Source of the DNA: Candidatus Nealsonbacteria bacterium
GTDB lineage: Bacteria > Patescibacteriota > Minisyncoccia > Minisyncoccales > RBG-13-36-15
Direction of reading: 5' to 3'
Assembly: GCA_011050465.1 (NCBI GenBank)
Contig: DRFQ01000001.1
Coordinates: forward strand, 37,225-101,224
Length of the DNA stretch: 64,000 nucleotides
Shown: piece after piece, positions 62,552 to 64,000 of the stretch
How the letters are laid out: each line of letters starts with the position of its first letter
How positions within the stretch are numbered: position 1 is the first letter of the stretch
Position numbers and translations under genes: made by a program
Notes under the pieces: model-generated
What the model saw: the letters and a program-made list of their open reading frames with translations, nothing else
What the model was told of the DNA's origin: nothing
Databases searched by the model: none

Positions 62552-64000
62552 TTAATTAATTTTTTTTATAGCTATTCTGGTGTTATCGCCATCACTTTTA
62601 ATTTCTTCTTCATGGTCGAAGCTCTTGTCGGCTTCGCCGCCTATGCTAACTACTTCAGACAAAGTTTCTTTGGCAATGAAATCTTTGTTTTTTTCTAAAA
62701 TTTCATTTACGGCTTTGGATGAGGAATTATATAGAACAACAATTTTATCTTCAGGTTTTAGATTTAATTTTTTTCGTATTTTATTACTATGACGAATAAT
62801 ATCTCGGATTATTCCCTCTTCTGCTAACTCGGGGGTAATCTCGGTGTCAAGCTTAAGCTGATTTTCTAGGTCTTTGTTGAAAACCACCTCTTTAACATTA
62901 ATTTCTTCTCTTATTAAATCTACCAATTCCTCCCCCGGTCTTTCCTCTTTTACTTCTATTTTTTTTAATGGCTGACGCACTTTAATGCCGGCCTTTGCTC
63001 TTTCCGCTAAAGCCAGATTAACGATTTCTCTGGTTTTTTTCATCTGTTCTTCTAGTTTCTGGTTAATTAAATTATTGTCTAATTTAGGATAAGCTACCAG
63101 ATGAACCGATTCTTCTTCTTGACTGTTTAATGTTTGGTATATTTTTTCAGAGATGAATGGACAAAAAGGAGCCAAAAGTTTAGACAGTTCCAAGAGCACA
63201 TAATAAAGAGTTTGGGAAGCTTCTTCTTTCTCTTCTCGTTTTACGGGTCTCTGGAACCTCCTTCGAGAACGCCGGATATACCAATTCGATAAATCATCGA
63301 CAAAATTTTCAAATAATCTTGCTGCTCCCACTATATCATAATTATCCAAATTTTTAATTACGTGAGATTTTAAGGTTTCGAGACGAGAAATCACCCAATT
63401 ATCAAGCAAGTTAGCTGATTGGAAGTTTTTGATCGGCTGAAATTTTTCATCGATATAAATTGAAAAAAATGTCTGGCTATTGTTTAAAGTATCGAAAAAT
63501 TTTCGATACAATGTCTGGATATCTTTGAGGTCAAATTTCTTAGGCTCGGCAATAGGATTGGCGGTATAGAAATAAAATCTGGCAACATCAGCTCCGTATT
63601 GATCAATAATATCCTTGGGCCAAACCAAATTGCCTTTTGATTTTGACATTTTTTGACCTTTAGCATCCAAAACAATACCATTGGAAACAACGTTTTTATA
63701 TGGATTTCCCAAATTTAAAAGCGTTGAAACTGCTAATAATGTATAAAACCACCCTCTTGTCTGGTCAATCCCCTCACAAATATAATCCGCCGGGAAAGAA
63801 ATCTTCTTGTCAATCCGATCTTTATTCTCAAAAGGATAATGCCATTGAGCAAAAGGCATACTTCCTGAATCAAACCAACAATCAATTACTTCTATTGTTC
63901 TGCGCATTTTTCCGCCACATTCACATTTAAAAATAATTTTATCGATGTGGGGCCGGTGTAAATCTTTTATTTTTTCTCCTGATTTGTTGGTTAATTCTTC
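62552..64000 (-). CDS. ileS: isoleucyl-tRNA synthetase, C-terminal part (gene continues beyond the window end)
   Basis: It has DCWFDSG and KMSKSKGN motifs. The minus-strand frame stays open from 63907 to 64000 (…KDLHRPHIDKIIFKCECGGKMRRT…), so the Met at 63907 in the track is internal. Confidence 0.95.
   Translation of the reverse strand, partial: EELTNKSGEKIKDLHRPHIDKIIFKCECGGKMRRTIEVIDCWFDSGSMPFAQWHYPFENKDRIDKKISFPADYICEGIDQTRGWFYTLLAVSTLLNLGNPYKNVVSNGIVLDAKGQKMSKSKGNLVWPKDIIDQYGADVARFYFYTANPIAEPKKFDLKDIQTLYRKFFDTLNNSQTFFSIYIDEKFQPIKNFQSANLLDNWVISRLETLKSHVIKNLDNYDIVGAARLFENFVDDLSNWYIRRSRRRFQRPVKREEKEEASQTLYYVLLELSKLLAPFCPFISEKIYQTLNSQEEESVHLVAYPKLDNNLINQKLEEQMKKTREIVNLALAERAKAGIKVRQPLKKIEVKEERPGEELVDLIREEINVKEVVFNKDLENQLKLDTEITPELAEEGIIRDIIRHSNKIRKKLNLKPEDKIVVLYNSSSKAVNEILEKNKDFIAKETLSEVVSIGGEADKSFDHEEEIKSDGDNTRIAIKKIN

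Overview
AT-rich, gene-dense bacterial chromosome segment with about 60 genes. Almost all are on the minus strand; the exception is a plus-strand block at about 19.9-28.5 kb. Most of the content is housekeeping. There are six aminoacyl-tRNA synthetases (tyrS, hisS, leuS, metG, glyQS, partial ileS). Also present: ftsA-ftsZ, anaerobic ribonucleotide reductase nrdDG, topA, dprA, a short mfd, relA/spoT, pth, lepB, ybeY and tsaC/tsaD. A UDP-GlcNAc-type cluster is present (glmS, a GlmU-like nucleotidyltransferase, a BadF-type sugar kinase, yvcK). So are 2-oxoacid:ferredoxin oxidoreductase, folD-glyA-(decayed) purH, comEC, recO, rsmI, tatD and one tRNA-Leu(CAA). The anaerobic, reduced gene set, compact protein versions and unusual surface proteins suggest a Candidate Phyla Radiation / Patescibacteria-like organism; this is inference only. 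No rRNA, CRISPR array, transposase, integrase or reverse transcriptase was found. Five things stand out. (1) An accessory island lies between glmS and leuS (46.6-50.2 kb). It is made of self-contained, compositionally atypical cassettes separated by a recurring junction module that includes tRNA-3'-end-like fragments. A similar insert sits next to nrdG (7.5-8.3 kb). (2) A surface-protein locus (29.2-32.6 kb) has a DGR-type, adenine-depleted C-terminal lectin-fold segment and an Avd-like four-helix-bundle gene with an in-frame TAG. No template repeat or RT is present. (3) A 37-bp palindromic element is inserted in-frame, in the same phase, into both glyA and purH, where it splits the conserved NLYPF motif. 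Other GC-rich hairpin patches lie inside topA, leuS and tatD. (4) Several families of long inverted-repeat or structured intergenic elements occur, and one shows compensatory base changes between its two copies. (5) purH carries a large internal deletion, FtsZ lacks a C-terminal tail, and a small membrane-protein gene is frameshifted.
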